Of a stretch of DNA of 64,000 nt, positions 29,511-40,740 are shown one piece after another; positions within the stretch are counted from its first letter, which is position 1; each line of letters begins with the position of its first letter. Origin of the DNA: an uncultured bacterium. Its GTDB lineage: Bacteria > Planctomycetota > UBA1135 > GCA-002686595. The position numbers were made by a program, and so were the translations under genes. The stretch spans positions 704,001 to 768,000 of the forward strand of contig CALSNU010000002.1 in the NCBI GenBank assembly GCA_943787795.1. The letters run 5' to 3'. The notes below the pieces were generated by a model, which was given only the letters and a program-made list of their open reading frames with translations, searched no databases and was not told where the DNA came from.

Positions 29511-32254
29511 TTACTGGCGCTCGAAGGCGCCGTGGTCCACCACGGGCGCGGGCCCGGCCCCGGTGTCCGGGGTCAGCGGGTCGTCCACGCGCCGGGTCTG
29601 GCCCGCGAGGTCGAAGGGGACCTCCTCGGTCCGATCTCCATCCGCGTCCAGGTCCGCGCGGTCCGGCGGCACCATCGAGACCGAGGCCGCGTCGATACAG
29701 GGAGACCCTGCGGCCAGCCGGTAGTCGTTGTCGAGGAACGTCAGCGGGTTCCCATCCGGGCCGGCGGGGTCGAGGAAGAGCGGGTCGGTGTCGATGAGGT
29801 TCGACGCTCCGAGCAGGGTGCTCCCCTCCGTCAGGGCCAGGTTGATGGCCCCACCCTGGAGATTGGTCCAGTGGACCTCGAGGGTCGACCCCGGCGAGTT
29901 CGCGGTGATCTGGTCGAAGCCGGCGCTGCTCGAGTTCTGCCAGAAGATCGAGTTGACCACGACCGCGCTCATCCCGAAGTCCAGGGACATTCCCCCTCCA
30001 ACTCGAAGCGCGTCGTTGAGGACGAAGGTGCAGTTGGAGACGCGCGTGGTCGCGAGCCCCGCGCCGGCGATCGCGCCGCCCGAGTCGTTGGCGAAGTTCC
30101 CGGCGAACACGCACTGGTCCACGAGGTTCACCTCCGGTGCGCTGCCGGGGCCCCCGGCGGCGTACAGGGCGCCGCCGAAGAGGGCGGCGTTCTGGAGGAA
30201 GGTGCACCGGCTGACCACCGCGGGGGCGCCGACCGAGCCGCCCAGGGTGACCGTCCCGGCTCCGGTGGCGGTGTTGTTCGTGAACGTGCACCCGTCGACT
30301 TCCGCGGCCCCCAGGTTGAGGGCGAGGGCGCTCGAGCTGGCGGCGGCGTTGCCCTCGAAGACGCAGTCGATGATCCGCGGACCGGCGGGGGAGAGGGCCG
30401 GGGCGGAGGCCCGGATGGCGCCGCCGCTCTGGGCCTGGTTGCCCTCGAAGACGCAGTCGACCACGGTGATGGCGCACTGCCGCGCGAAGATCGCGCCGCC
30501 GTCCCCGTTGGACGGGCCGGCGGTCGAGGGGTGCCCATCCCGGATCGTGAGGCCCTGGATGGTCGGGCGGACCGAGGCCGGCGGGAGGTAGGCATAGAAG
30601 GCCCTGCCGCTGTGCTCGAGGTCGATGGTGCAGGCGCCGGGACCGTTGGCGCTGCGGACGGTGAGGTCACGGGGGCCGAGGTCGAGGTTCTTGTTGTCGG
30701 GCCCCCGGTAGACCCCGTCCTCCATCCGCACCTCGTCCCCGGAGAGGGCGACGGCGAAGGCGGCGGCGAGGTCCTGGAAGGGGGAGGAGGCCGAACCGTC
30801 GCCGCCCGGAGGCGCGGCGGCGTCCACGTGCCAGGTGGCGTTCTGGGGCTGGCACTCGTCCGGGATCCCGTCGCCGTTCAGGTCGTCGCTGGTGCCGCTC
30901 GCGATGTCGCAGGGGTCCGCGATGCCGTTCCCGTTGCAGTCCGCCTGGCACGTGTCGGGGATGCCGTTGCCATCGCAGTCGTCGGCGCCCTCGAGGAGGT
31001 CGCAGAGGTCGCCGCGCCCGTTGCCGTCGCAGTCGGGGGTGAGGTTCGAGCACTGGATCGCCACGACCCGAAGGGGCGCGCCGAGCACAGAAGCCATGGC
31101 GCCTGAGCGGGTCACGACGAGGAATGTGAACTCGAGGGTGGTGGCCCCGGGGGGCAGGGCAGGGATGCCGATGCTCGCGTTCAGGACGCCGCTGGCGGGG
31201 ATCGTCCCGAGCACGAGCTCCTGCGTGGGCACGGGCCCTATGCCGGGCGTCGCCCCGGCAGCGCGCGTGACGTCGAAGAAGAAGGGGGCCGCGGGGACCA
31301 GGTGGAGCCGCGCGACCGCGCCGGGTGTCCCGCGGACCTCGATGGGGTGGAGGCTCTGGGCTCGAACGAAGATCGGTGTCTCGTGATCCTCCGAGGCGCC
31401 GGGCAGGGTCCGGACGAGTCCGGCGCCCGCGAAGGGCAGGCCGCTGGCGCCCGGCGGGCCCGCGAATGAGCCACCGCCTGCGCCCCCCGCGGAGGTCGTG
31501 TCCACGAGGATGAGCCGCGTGAGGGCGTCCGTGGCGGCGCCGTTTCCTCCGTCCCCACCCGGGAGCGGGATGAAGTCGCCGTTCTCGCCCCCGGCGCCTC
31601 CGGTCGCGCTGCACCCCGAGAGGAACAGCCTGGACCCCTCGGCGCGCAGCCCCAGAGGGCCGCCCGTGAGGACTCGAGCTGGAGCCCGTCGCCGCCGTCG
31701 CCGTCCGTACAGCTGAGCTCATCCACGCCGTCGCCGCCCTGGAAGACCGAAGCCCGCGCTGAGAAGCGGAGGACGCCGTCGAGGTGCGCCCCCGCGCCGC
31801 CGACGGGATCGAAGGCCTGGGTCGAGTCCGCGGCGGGTGCGCCGACGAAGACGCAGCGTGCGACGGTGAGCTCGCCAGCGAGGCCTTCGGCATCGAGCGT
31901 CGAGCGCTGGGCATCGAGGAGGGGGTCGGTGACGCCCTCGAACCTGAGCCCGTGGAGGAGGACGGGCTGAGTGGACGAGAGCGAGCGGATGACGAGCCGA
32001 CCTTCCACGGTGGCGCTCCCCTCGTGCTGCGCCACGATCGACACCGAGAGGCCGTCGATCAGGAGGTTCTCGGCGTAGGCACCGGGGCGCACCAGGATGA
32101 GGTCCCCGTCCTGGGCGAGCGCGAGCGCACTTGAGATGTCCACCGTGTCTCCGGCGCCGCTGCGGTCCACGATGATCTCCCCGGCGTGCACAGCGCTGGT
32201 GAGGGCGATCGCGAAGGGCACGGTCAGGAACCGTCTTCTCAAGAGCTCATTCAT
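29511..32254 (-). CDS. Large secreted beta-helix protein with Ca-binding DCxGNG repeats; frameshift near 31645 joins ORFs 31238-32254 and 29511-31505
   Basis: Signal peptide; Gly-rich GGxGG repeats continue across the frame change (ALWGC | AEGSRLFLSGC); four D(C/L)xG(N/D)G repeats; GGAI/FxxN repeats; DYRL...SPCID..VDHGAFE tail. Confidence 0.75.
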
Positions 32255-32616
32255 GGTGCTAATCCTCTGCTTGCCTAGACGTCTCTAGCGAGGCGAGCCG
32301 GCCGTGTTTCGGGGAACTGTTGGAAAGGCGGGTGTTGGCCTCGCAGGACGCGCAGGAGCAGCAACGGCAACCAATCAGTCTGGCAGACCAGAGCGTCCAT
32401 GGTCGCGGCATGCGCCGCGCGTTCTGGATGGGGGCGCGAAGAGAGACATTGGACGGCCTGGGGGGGGCCAGGTAGAGGTTGTGGAGCGTCGCGGGACGCG
32501 GGCCTGGCCACCTCGCCTGACGATCGAGCGCCCCGGACAAGACGGTGGCCCGCCCCGACAACATCGGGGCGGGCCACCAGAACTCGTGCGTGCTGCGGCG
32601 TGGGCCGCAGCCGCGA

Positions 32617-34494
32617 TCAGAAGGTGATCTCGAGGCCGTCGGTGAAGTTCGACGTGGCCGAGCCGCTCACCGCGTCGCGATACCAGGCCTGGAAGTTCCA
32701 GGAGTCACCCGAGCTGATGGCCACGAAGCCCGTGGGCTGGGGGACCTGGGTGTTGTCGATGGCGATCGCGATCATGCCGGTGGTGCCAGCGTTCTGGATC
32801 TGGCCGGGGCCCACGTAGCGCCCGATGGCGCCGCCGAGGCAGAGGTTGCCCTGGCTGCCGCCGGGGTTGGCCACGAAGCCCTGGGTCTGGGAGGCGAGGA
32901 AGAAGCCGAACGAGTTGTTGGGCAGACCGCCAGCCTCGAGGACCAGGTCGTTGGAGGCCAGGACGGTGGAGCCTGACGCGGCCATCGACGCCTCAGCGCC
33001 AGTGGAGTTGACGTTGGCGGTGCAGTAGTTCGTGCCGATCTGGCCCGGGGAGGCGAGCACGGTGAGGACCGTGCCGTTCATGACGGCGCCGGGGAGGTCG
33101 AAGCTCCACTCGTTGTCGTCGTATCCGCCGACATCACCGCTCTGGAAGCCGATCGTGGCGCTCGCGCCACCGTCGGCGCGGAAGGAGTCGACGCTCTCGT
33201 AGAGGTACTGGGCGACGATGGGACCCGTGCCCGAGGGCACCTGGATCTGGAAGGTGGCCGTGTCGATGCCGCCGGTGCCGCCCGGGAAGAACTCGACCGC
33301 CTCCCACTGGATCACGAGCACGCCGCCCGTCTCCTGGTAGTAGATCTCACCCTCGAGGCCACCGTCGGTGTCGACGTCGTCCCAGAAGGGCATCAGCGTC
33401 CGCTCGCTGTTGAAGGCGGCGACCGACGGGATCGGCTGGTTGCCGAACCCAAGGTCGAGGGCGGAGCCGTCGAAGCGCACGGCGCCGTTGCTGCCCACGC
33501 GGGCGATGCCGGCGGCGAGCACGGTGTTGCCGATCGTGGTCGGGATGTCAGCCTCGCCGTCATCGGAGAGGCTCAAGGGCGTCCCGGTGGTGGAGATGTC
33601 GATCCAGGTGCCCGGGAGGTTGTCCACGATGGTCACGGGGCTCGGGGGAGCGGGGGGCTGCCCCTCGGTGACCAGCACCGTGCCGAAGCCGGTGGAGCCA
33701 TTCCAACCGCCGACGCGCATGTAGTAGGTCGAGCCGGAGACGGGGGTCGCGACGGTGATCGAGCTCTGGAGCCCGCAGCTGTCGTCGTTGCACTCGAGCA
33801 GGTTGAGGGCGTTGCAGCTCCCGTCATAGACCTCGATGGCGGTGTCGTAGCTGGAGCCGCAGGTCTCGAAGGTCAGGCTGTTGCCGTTCGCGGCCGTGTA
33901 GCTGTACCAGATGTCAGGGGCGGTGGCCCCGGCGCAGGAGAAGGGGATCAGCCCCTCGTCGATGGCGAGGGTGGTGTCATACGCCACCGCAGTGCCGGCC
34001 GTCAGCGTGACTGCCGTAGCGCAGGTGTCGTTGCTGGTTCCCGGGGGCGGGGTGACCTCGGCGATGTTGAGCGTCCCGAAGCCGGTGCCGCCGTTATAGC
34101 CCGCGACCCGGATCAGGAACTGGTCGCCGACGCTGACGCCGCCGATGGTGGCGCCGCTCTGGAGCCCGCAGAAGTCGTCGTTGCAGACGATCTCGATCGG
34201 GGCCGCGCAGGTGCCGCTGTAGAGGGTCAGGGCCGTGTCGTAGCTCGAGCCGCAGAGGTCGATGGCGATGTCATTGGTCGACGCCGCCGTGTAGGAGTAC
34301 CAGATGTCCGGTCCGCCGTTCGCCGCGCAGTTGAAGGGGATGATCCCCTCGTCGATGGCGAGGGTGGTGTCGAACGCGGTGGCGCCGAGGGACGCGGCGA
34401 TGGCGGTCGTGCAGTCGTCGTTGGCCGCCTGGGCAGAGGCGACCGAGCCGAGGGCGATGCCCGTGGCGGCGGTGAAGAGGATGGAACGATTCAT
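32617..34494 (-). CDS. Secreted protein with two tandem Cys-rich domains and conserved C-terminal domain
   Basis: Two copies of ND.C...PDIWYSYTA..CGSSYDT..CNDD.CGLQS; PFWDD domain; C-terminus NYC..NSTG..GNLCLGG..WNFQAWYRD..SNFTDGLEITF. Confidence 0.85.
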   Translation of the reverse strand: MNRSILFTAATGIALGSVASAQAANDDCTTAIAASLGATAFDTTLAIDEGIIPFNCAANGGPDIWYSYTAASTNDIAIDLCGSSYDTALTLYSGTCAAPIEIVCNDDFCGLQSGATIGGVSVGDQFLIRVAGYNGGTGFGTLNIAEVTPPPGTSNDTCATAVTLTAGTAVAYDTTLAIDEGLIPFSCAGATAPDIWYSYTAANGNSLTFETCGSSYDTAIEVYDGSCNALNLLECNDDSCGLQSSITVATPVSGSTYYMRVGGWNGSTGFGTVLVTEGQPPAPPSPVTIVDNLPGTWIDISTTGTPLSLSDDGEADIPTTIGNTVLAAGIARVGSNGAVRFDGSALDLGFGNQPIPSVAAFNSERTLMPFWDDVDTDGGLEGEIYYQETGGVLVIQWEAVEFFPGGTGGIDTATFQIQVPSGTGPIVAQYLYESVDSFRADGGASATIGFQSGDVGGYDDNEWSFDLPGAVMNGTVLTVLASPGQIGTNYCTANVNSTGAEASMAASGSTVLASNDLVLEAGGLPNNSFGFFLASQTQGFVANPGGSQGNLCLGGAIGRYVGPGQIQNAGTTGMIAIAIDNTQVPQPTGFVAISSGDSWNFQAWYRDAVSGSATSNFTDGLEITF

Positions 34495-34839
34495 GGGTTC
34501 GGGAAGGCGCAGGGGAAGAGAGGGCCGAAGGAACTGCAGGCACGGCCGACCAGGTATGTGACGGAGTGCCGCGGAAGGCCTCCGGGTTCCATGTTAGGCA
34601 TGGAATTGCATTCTTGCGGGCGCGGAAGGGCTGCGGCCGTCCTTGGGACATGGGATGGCCACTCACGGGTGGCTCAGATGGAGTCAGCATGGCGCACTTG
34701 GCGCGACGGGCCGTCCCGCCCAGGTCACGGGGAGACGAACCCTCCGGGGTCCGTGCTACCTTCTCCCAAGCCCTGCCCGACGGTCCCCGGACGCCGCTGT
34801 CCCGGCGTCGGGACGGCCCCCGCCACGGAAGACCACTCG

Positions 34840-37539
34840 TTGGATACGCGACCGACTCTCTTGCCCTCCCCGGCGGTTCTCTGGACCCTCGCGCTCGGCG
34901 CCCTGACCCTGGGCGGCGGCGTGGGGATGCCCCTGGACGCTGGATCGGACCGCCCTGACTTCGGGGCCCTGCGCCTCGAGGGGGCCCGCCGGTCCCAGTA
35001 CCAGGGCGGCGCGGCTGGGCCCGAGGGTCCGGCGGAGCGCACCACGGACCTCGAGTCGTTCCGGCGCGAGATCGAGCCGCTGCTCGAGTCGGCTTGCCTC
35101 GGGTGCCACGGGCCCGACAAGGAGAAGGGGGGCTTCCGACTGGACGAGCTCGACCCCGACCTCGTCGGGGGTGAGGACGTGGACTGGTGGCTCGATGTGC
35201 TCTCGGTGCTGAGCAACGGGGAGATGCCCCCCGCGGACGGGCCGGAGCTGGCGGCCGCCGACCGCGGCCAGGTCGTGGAGTGGCTCTCCATGGAGGTCCA
35301 GAATGCCTCGCTCGCCCTCCGCGCCCAGGGCGAGCATTCCACCTTCCGGCGCCTCGCCCGCTACGAGTACCGCCACGCCCTGCAGGACCTTCTCGGCCTC
35401 CCGCTCCGCTTCGGCGAGGACCTCCCGCCGGACCCGATCTCGGAGGACGGGTTTCAGAACAGCTCGGAGGTCCTGCACCTCTCGTCCTCCCAGCTCCCCA
35501 TCTACCTGGAGGCCGGCCGCGAGGCGCTCCGCGCCGCCGCCCCCCTCGGGGATCAACCTGCGACCGTGGCCTGGAGCATCTCCATGGACGCGGCGGCGGA
35601 CCGTGAGTGGGAGCACCAAGACAGCCAGCTCGAGGGGGTGCGGAAGAAGCACGAGGCGGCCCCGGCGAAGCTTGAGGAGGAGCTGGGCAAGCTGCGCGAG
35701 CGCTTCGCGCGCCGGCCCGGCGGCGCGCACTTCCAGGACCCCGCGGGCACCCGGTTCGCGGGGATGCGCTGGAACTACAACGGGGCGCGCTTCGCGTGGG
35801 CGCCCTCGGCGGAGGCCCCGTCGCCCCCCGCGAACTCCAAGAGCGTCGCCGTCCTCCCGGCGTGGCACGGGATGACGGTGGAGCTGGGAGACCGCGTGCC
35901 GGACGAGGGGATCCTCCGCGTGCGCGTGCGGGCCTCCCGGGCCTCGGACGAGGATCCGCGCCCTGTGAGCCTGGGACTCATGTTTGGGTGGCAGGCAAGC
36001 AACGACTCCAACGCGGTGTTCCCCGTCACCCACCAGGAGGCCCTGGTGGACGCGCCGCCCGACGCCCCACAGACGTACTCCTGGGACGTGCCCATGGGCG
36101 ACGTCTACCCGCGCAACCTCGCGCGGGGGGTGAACACCATGGGCCAGCTCCCGAGCCCCTCGGAGTTCATCAAGCTGGTGAACCGCTCCCTCTCCGGGCG
36201 GACGCTCCACATCCACCACGTGGAGGTCGAGGGGCCCGTCTTCGACCAGTGGCCGCCGGCGTCCCACCGGTGCATCTTCCACGAGCGGCCGAAGGGGCAG
36301 GCGGAGCGCGCCTACGCAGCGGAGGTCATCGAGCGCTTCATGGCGCGGGCCTGGCGCAGGACGCCGACGAGGCGCGAGGTCTCCCGCAAGGTGGCGCTCT
36401 TCCGCGAGCTCCGCCGGGACACGGGCTCCGTGGAGGAGGCCGTGCTGGAGGTCCTCGCCGTGGTGCTCACCTCCCCGAACTTCCTGTACGTGGTTGTGGA
36501 GGAGCCGGAGGCCGACCCTTCCGCCCCCATCTCCGACCTGGAGCTCGCCACGCGGCTGTCGCTCTTCCTGTGGTGCAGCGCCCCGGACGAGGCGCTCCTC
36601 GAGCGGGCCCGCGCGGGGGAGCTCCGGGAGCCCGGCGTACTGGAGGCGGAGGTGGACCGCATGCTCGCGGACCCGCGGGCCGAGCGATTCGCGGACCGGT
36701 TCGTGGGGCAGTGGCTCAACCTCGCGCTGATGGACAACCTGGAGGTGAACCGCAAGGCCTACCCCGCCTTCGACGACAGGCTCCAGGACGCGATGGTCCG
36801 TGAGCCCGTGGAGTTCTTCCGCGAGCTGCTGCGCACCGATGGGAGCGCCCTGGACTTCATCCACTCCGACTTCGCCATGGTCAACGAGCGCCTCGCGGCG
36901 CACTACGGCATCGGCGACGTGACGGGGAACCACTTCCGGCGCGTGGAGCTGGACCCCGCGGGTCGCCGCGGCGGCCTCCTCGCCCAGGCGGGGCCGCTCG
37001 CCATGAACTCCGACGGCAAGGACTCCCACCCCCTCAAGCGCGGGATCTGGATGCTCGAGAACCTCCTCGACGATCCGCCGCCGCCGCCGCCGCCCGCGGT
37101 GCCGGAGATCGACCTCGCGGACCCCGAGATCGCGAAGATGACGCTCAAGGAGCGCATCGAGGACCACCGCAACGACCCGGCCTGCATGTCGTGTCACGCC
37201 AAGATCGACCCCTGGGGGATCGCCTTCGAGCACTTCGACGCCATCGGCCAGTGGCGCACCGAGGCCGGCGGCCGGCCCGTGGACGCCCGCAGCCTCCTCT
37301 TCAATCAGCAGGAACTGGACGGGCTCGACGGCTTGAAGGGCTTCCTCCTCCTGAACCGCCAGGACCAGTTCGTGCGGGCCCTCGTCCAGAAACTGGTCAC
37401 CTTCGGCCTCGGCAGGCCCCTGAGCTTCAGTGACCGCGCGGCCGTGGACCGGATCACCGCCGAAACCCGGGAGGCCGGGGACGGGCTGGCTACCATGATC
37501 AAGCAGATCGTCACCAGCGACCTGTTCCAGAGCCGCTAG
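34840..37539 (+). CDS. DUF1592/DUF1588 (PSD/PSCyt) planctomycete cytochrome c-domain protein
   Basis: CLGCH..MPP, RRLARYEY..L.DLLG, ELATRLSLFLW.S.PD, SHPLKRG, CMSCHAKIDPWG; start uncertain. Confidence 0.9.
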   Translation: MDTRPTLLPSPAVLWTLALGALTLGGGVGMPLDAGSDRPDFGALRLEGARRSQYQGGAAGPEGPAERTTDLESFRREIEPLLESACLGCHGPDKEKGGFRLDELDPDLVGGEDVDWWLDVLSVLSNGEMPPADGPELAAADRGQVVEWLSMEVQNASLALRAQGEHSTFRRLARYEYRHALQDLLGLPLRFGEDLPPDPISEDGFQNSSEVLHLSSSQLPIYLEAGREALRAAAPLGDQPATVAWSISMDAAADREWEHQDSQLEGVRKKHEAAPAKLEEELGKLRERFARRPGGAHFQDPAGTRFAGMRWNYNGARFAWAPSAEAPSPPANSKSVAVLPAWHGMTVELGDRVPDEGILRVRVRASRASDEDPRPVSLGLMFGWQASNDSNAVFPVTHQEALVDAPPDAPQTYSWDVPMGDVYPRNLARGVNTMGQLPSPSEFIKLVNRSLSGRTLHIHHVEVEGPVFDQWPPASHRCIFHERPKGQAERAYAAEVIERFMARAWRRTPTRREVSRKVALFRELRRDTGSVEEAVLEVLAVVLTSPNFLYVVVEEPEADPSAPISDLELATRLSLFLWCSAPDEALLERARAGELREPGVLEAEVDRMLADPRAERFADRFVGQWLNLALMDNLEVNRKAYPAFDDRLQDAMVREPVEFFRELLRTDGSALDFIHSDFAMVNERLAAHYGIGDVTGNHFRRVELDPAGRRGGLLAQAGPLAMNSDGKDSHPLKRGIWMLENLLDDPPPPPPPAVPEIDLADPEIAKMTLKERIEDHRNDPACMSCHAKIDPWGIAFEHFDAIGQWRTEAGGRPVDARSLLFNQQELDGLDGLKGFLLLNRQDQFVRALVQKLVTFGLGRPLSFSDRAAVDRITAETREAGDGLATMIKQIVTSDLFQSR

Positions 37540-37555
37540 GCGGCGGCACCCCCCG

Positions 37556-38965
37556 ATGACCCGATCCGAGCACACCGACCTCGCCCGCGTGGACCGCCGC
37601 CGGTTCCTGCGCGGCTCCGCCGTCGCGCTGGCGCTGCCCTGGCTCGAGTCCATGGCGGCCGCGTGGCCGGCGAGCGGCGCGCGGGACAAGCGGCGGCGGC
37701 TTGCCTGCGTGTACTTCCCTGACGGGGTCCCCATGCCCCTGGCAGAGGACCCGGCCTACGAAGACTGGTCGTGGTTCCCCCATGGGAGCGGGAAGGAGTA
37801 TCGCTTCACGAAGTGCTTCGAGCCCCTCGCCTCCCTGCGCGAGGAGTTCACGGTCTTCTCCGGCCTCTCGCACCCCGCGGTCCGCGACGTGCACGGCCAC
37901 TCCAACGCCGACCAGTTCCTCACCGGTGCCGACACCGGGGCCAAGGGCGACTACCGCAACGGCATCTCCCTCGACCAGGTCTTCGCGGCGCACGCGGGCG
38001 ACGAGACCCGCCACGCCTCGATGGTCCTCTCCACCGACGGCGGCACGGGCACGCCGCGCGGCGCCCACACCCTCTCTTTCACGCGGACCGGCCGCGCGAT
38101 CCCCGCGGAGCATCGGCCGAAGCGCGTCTTCGACACGCTCTTCCTGAAGAAGGACGACGACGCGGCGCGGCGCCTGGCCATGAGTGAGAGCGCGCTCGAC
38201 GATCTCCTGGAGGACGCCCGCGCCCTGCGGGGCTCCCTCTCTGCGGCGGATCGCGAGTCCCTGGACGAGTACCTCGAGTCGGTCCGCGAGACGGAGCTCA
38301 AGGTCGAGAAGGCCAAGCGCTGGGCGCGCGTCCCCCTGCCCAAGGTCAAGGCCGACCACCTCAACCTCGACGTGACCCTGGAGGAGCCCAGGCTCTACCT
38401 CCAGACCATGTACGAGCTCATGTATCTCGCGTTCCGGTCGGACTCCACGCGGACCGCCTCGTATCAGATCGGCCGCGAGAACGGCGTGGGCCGCAGCGAC
38501 ATCCTCTCGCGCGCGGTGGACCTGCCCCTGAGCCACCAGCTCTCCCACGACACGAAGAACCCCGGCGGCTGGGAGAACTTCAGCGTCTACTGCCGCTTCC
38601 TCAACGAGGAGTTCGGCCGCTTCGTGAAGCGCCTCAAGGACACGCCGGAGCCGGGCGGCGACGGGTCGATGCTCGACCACTCGCTCCTCCTCTTCGGCTC
38701 CGCCTCCAGCGCCTTCCACCTGTCGCGGAACTACCCCCTGATCCTCGCCGGCGGCAAGGACATGGGCTTCCGGCACGGCCAGTACGTGAACCTCATTGGC
38801 GATAACGCCTACGGCGGCTCATGGAGCGGCGGCCAGGAGCCCTGGCAGCGCGAGTTCTCCCACGAGGACCGCCCCCTCGCGGACCTCTACCTCACCATGC
38901 TCCAGCGCCTGGGCGTGGAGACCGACACCTTCGCCGGCAGCACCACGCCCCTCGAGGGCGTCTGA
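37556..38965 (+). CDS. DUF1552 protein with Tat signal
   Basis: DRRRFLRG..LALPWLESM, ISLDQ, LDEYLESVRE.E, D.TR, SHQLSH. Confidence 0.9.
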   Translation: MTRSEHTDLARVDRRRFLRGSAVALALPWLESMAAAWPASGARDKRRRLACVYFPDGVPMPLAEDPAYEDWSWFPHGSGKEYRFTKCFEPLASLREEFTVFSGLSHPAVRDVHGHSNADQFLTGADTGAKGDYRNGISLDQVFAAHAGDETRHASMVLSTDGGTGTPRGAHTLSFTRTGRAIPAEHRPKRVFDTLFLKKDDDAARRLAMSESALDDLLEDARALRGSLSAADRESLDEYLESVRETELKVEKAKRWARVPLPKVKADHLNLDVTLEEPRLYLQTMYELMYLAFRSDSTRTASYQIGRENGVGRSDILSRAVDLPLSHQLSHDTKNPGGWENFSVYCRFLNEEFGRFVKRLKDTPEPGGDGSMLDHSLLLFGSASSAFHLSRNYPLILAGGKDMGFRHGQYVNLIGDNAYGGSWSGGQEPWQREFSHEDRPLADLYLTMLQRLGVETDTFAGSTTPLEGV

Positions 38966-38972
38966 GCCCGGG

Positions 38973-39956
38973 TCAGCGGGAGATCACCCGCGCGTAGCGC
39001 CACTGGACCGCCAGGGTCATGGCGCCCAGGGCCGTGCTGCGGATCCGGTTGCCGTCGCTCTCCGGGGCCGGGAAGGAGCCGTCCTCCAGCTGGGCGGCCG
39101 CGAGCGCCGCGCCAAGGGCGGGCTGCCAGGCGCGCCAGAGCTCACCGCCGCGTTGGAACGCCGCGAGGCTGCCGAGGTACCAGTATTCCGCGGGGTCGTC
39201 TCCGTCGTCGGTGCCGGGCAGCCGGTCGAGGAGGGGCGCGCCCTCGTCCTCCAGGATGCCGGCGCCGGTGAGGGCCCCGGCGAAGAGGCTGGCGGCAGAG
39301 CGCAAGGCGGTGGCCTCGGTCTGGAAGCGAATCCGGTCGAGGGTGGCGTCTGCGAGGCGCTGGTCGATGGAGGCGCCGGCGTCCCGGGCCGATGCCAGGG
39401 CGGCGAGGCCCCAGGCCGCCTCCAAGGCGCCGCGCTCGTCGGGGAGCTCGCCCGGCGCGTTCCACCCTGCCAGGGCCCTGGCCAGCGCCTCGGCGCCGCG
39501 CCCGACGGTGTCCTCGAGGCCGTGGTCGCCGCGGCTGAGGACCTGCGCCTCGCTCACGGCGAGGAGCGCCGCCGCCTGCCCCCCGAGGTCGGGGACAGCA
39601 TCCCCGTCACGGAAGACGCCCTCCCCGTCCTGGTGCCGCGCGAGCCAGCGGACCGCGCGTCCCAGGGGCTCCCGGTGGGGACCGACGTCGAGGGTGTTGC
39701 CCTCCGCCAGCAGCGAGAGCGCGGCGAGCCCGGTGTCCTCCACCCGCCGCTCGCCCGAGCCCCACGAGCCGTCGCTTGCCTCGTGGTCCACGAGCCACCG
39801 CAGCGCGGCCCCGAGGGCGCCGGGGTCCGGGCGCGCAGGGGGGTGCTTGGTCGTGACCGCCGGGGTGGGAGCTTCCAGACGGTGGTCCTCGGGCGCGTGG
39901 CACCCAGGGGCGAGGCCGGCGAGGAGGCCGGCGAGGAGGGCGGGCGATCGACTCAT
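38973..39956 (-). CDS. Prenyltransferase/squalene-oxidase-repeat lipoprotein
   Basis: Lipobox LAPGC; ALRWL..HEASDGSW, WLARHQDGEG, YWYLGSLAAFQ.GG..W..W. Confidence 0.75.
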   Translation of the reverse strand: MSRSPALLAGLLAGLAPGCHAPEDHRLEAPTPAVTTKHPPARPDPGALGAALRWLVDHEASDGSWGSGERRVEDTGLAALSLLAEGNTLDVGPHREPLGRAVRWLARHQDGEGVFRDGDAVPDLGGQAAALLAVSEAQVLSRGDHGLEDTVGRGAEALARALAGWNAPGELPDERGALEAAWGLAALASARDAGASIDQRLADATLDRIRFQTEATALRSAASLFAGALTGAGILEDEGAPLLDRLPGTDDGDDPAEYWYLGSLAAFQRGGELWRAWQPALGAALAAAQLEDGSFPAPESDGNRIRSTALGAMTLAVQWRYARVISR

Positions 39957-40056
39957 GCACGCAAGCCTATCGCCGCTCCCCGGAAGGTCCTCCGCATCGC
40001 CTCCGCGAGGCCCCTGGAGGGGGTCCGAGCGCCGCCCCCCCCCGAGGGGCCTGGAC

Positions 40057-40740
40057 CTACGCTTCCTCCTCTGGACTCCGCCCTTGGGAGCGCAGGGGCG
40101 CGGAGGTCATGCGACGCCACCGGTCGACGAGCCGATCCAACACGTCGTGGATGGGCATGTGCTCGGCCCCTGGGGCGCCCAGCCAGAGCTCGTCGGCCAT
40201 GATGCGGACCTGCCAACCGTCCTCGAACTCGAGGAAGAGGCCGGCCTCCAACCGCTCGTCCACCGGGCCCTCTCCGCCGGAGGGCGCCGGCCCCTCGAGG
40301 TGGAAGAGCAGCTCGCGGCACCGCTCCAGGCCCTGGACCTCGAAGCGCGCGGTGACGTCCTCGCCGAACTGGTGCCAGATCATCCGGCCGGACCAGCGGT
40401 TGGGCCCGCGGTTGGGCCTCTCGGAGTAGGGAGGGATGAGCGGGACGCCCTTGCCGATGACGGTGGCCTGGTCCGGCCCCCCTCGGGTCCACCAGCCCAC
40501 CCGCTCCCGTTGGCGGATGACCTCGGCCGCGTGGATCCACCCGAACTCTCGCTCTGCGAGGATGGCCGAGGGCCACGGCTCGGATGCGCCGCCGTCGGGG
40601 CGATGGCGGAGCTCCAGCGAGGGCACCTGGTCGTCGGTGACGAAGGTCCGGAGCTCATGGGAGCTCCCGAGCCGTTCCATGCGGGGGCCTCCCCTGTCGG
40701 GGATCGGTTGCCCCGGGGCGTGGGCGGTCGGGCGGCTCAT
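40057..40740 (-). CDS. Hypothetical protein
   Basis: ATGA overlap with the stop of 40737-40946; GC3-rich codons. Confidence 0.6.
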   Translation of the reverse strand: MSRPTAHAPGQPIPDRGGPRMERLGSSHELRTFVTDDQVPSLELRHRPDGGASEPWPSAILAEREFGWIHAAEVIRQRERVGWWTRGGPDQATVIGKGVPLIPPYSERPNRGPNRWSGRMIWHQFGEDVTARFEVQGLERCRELLFHLEGPAPSGGEGPVDERLEAGLFLEFEDGWQVRIMADELWLGAPGAEHMPIHDVLDRLVDRWRRMTSAPLRSQGRSPEEEA

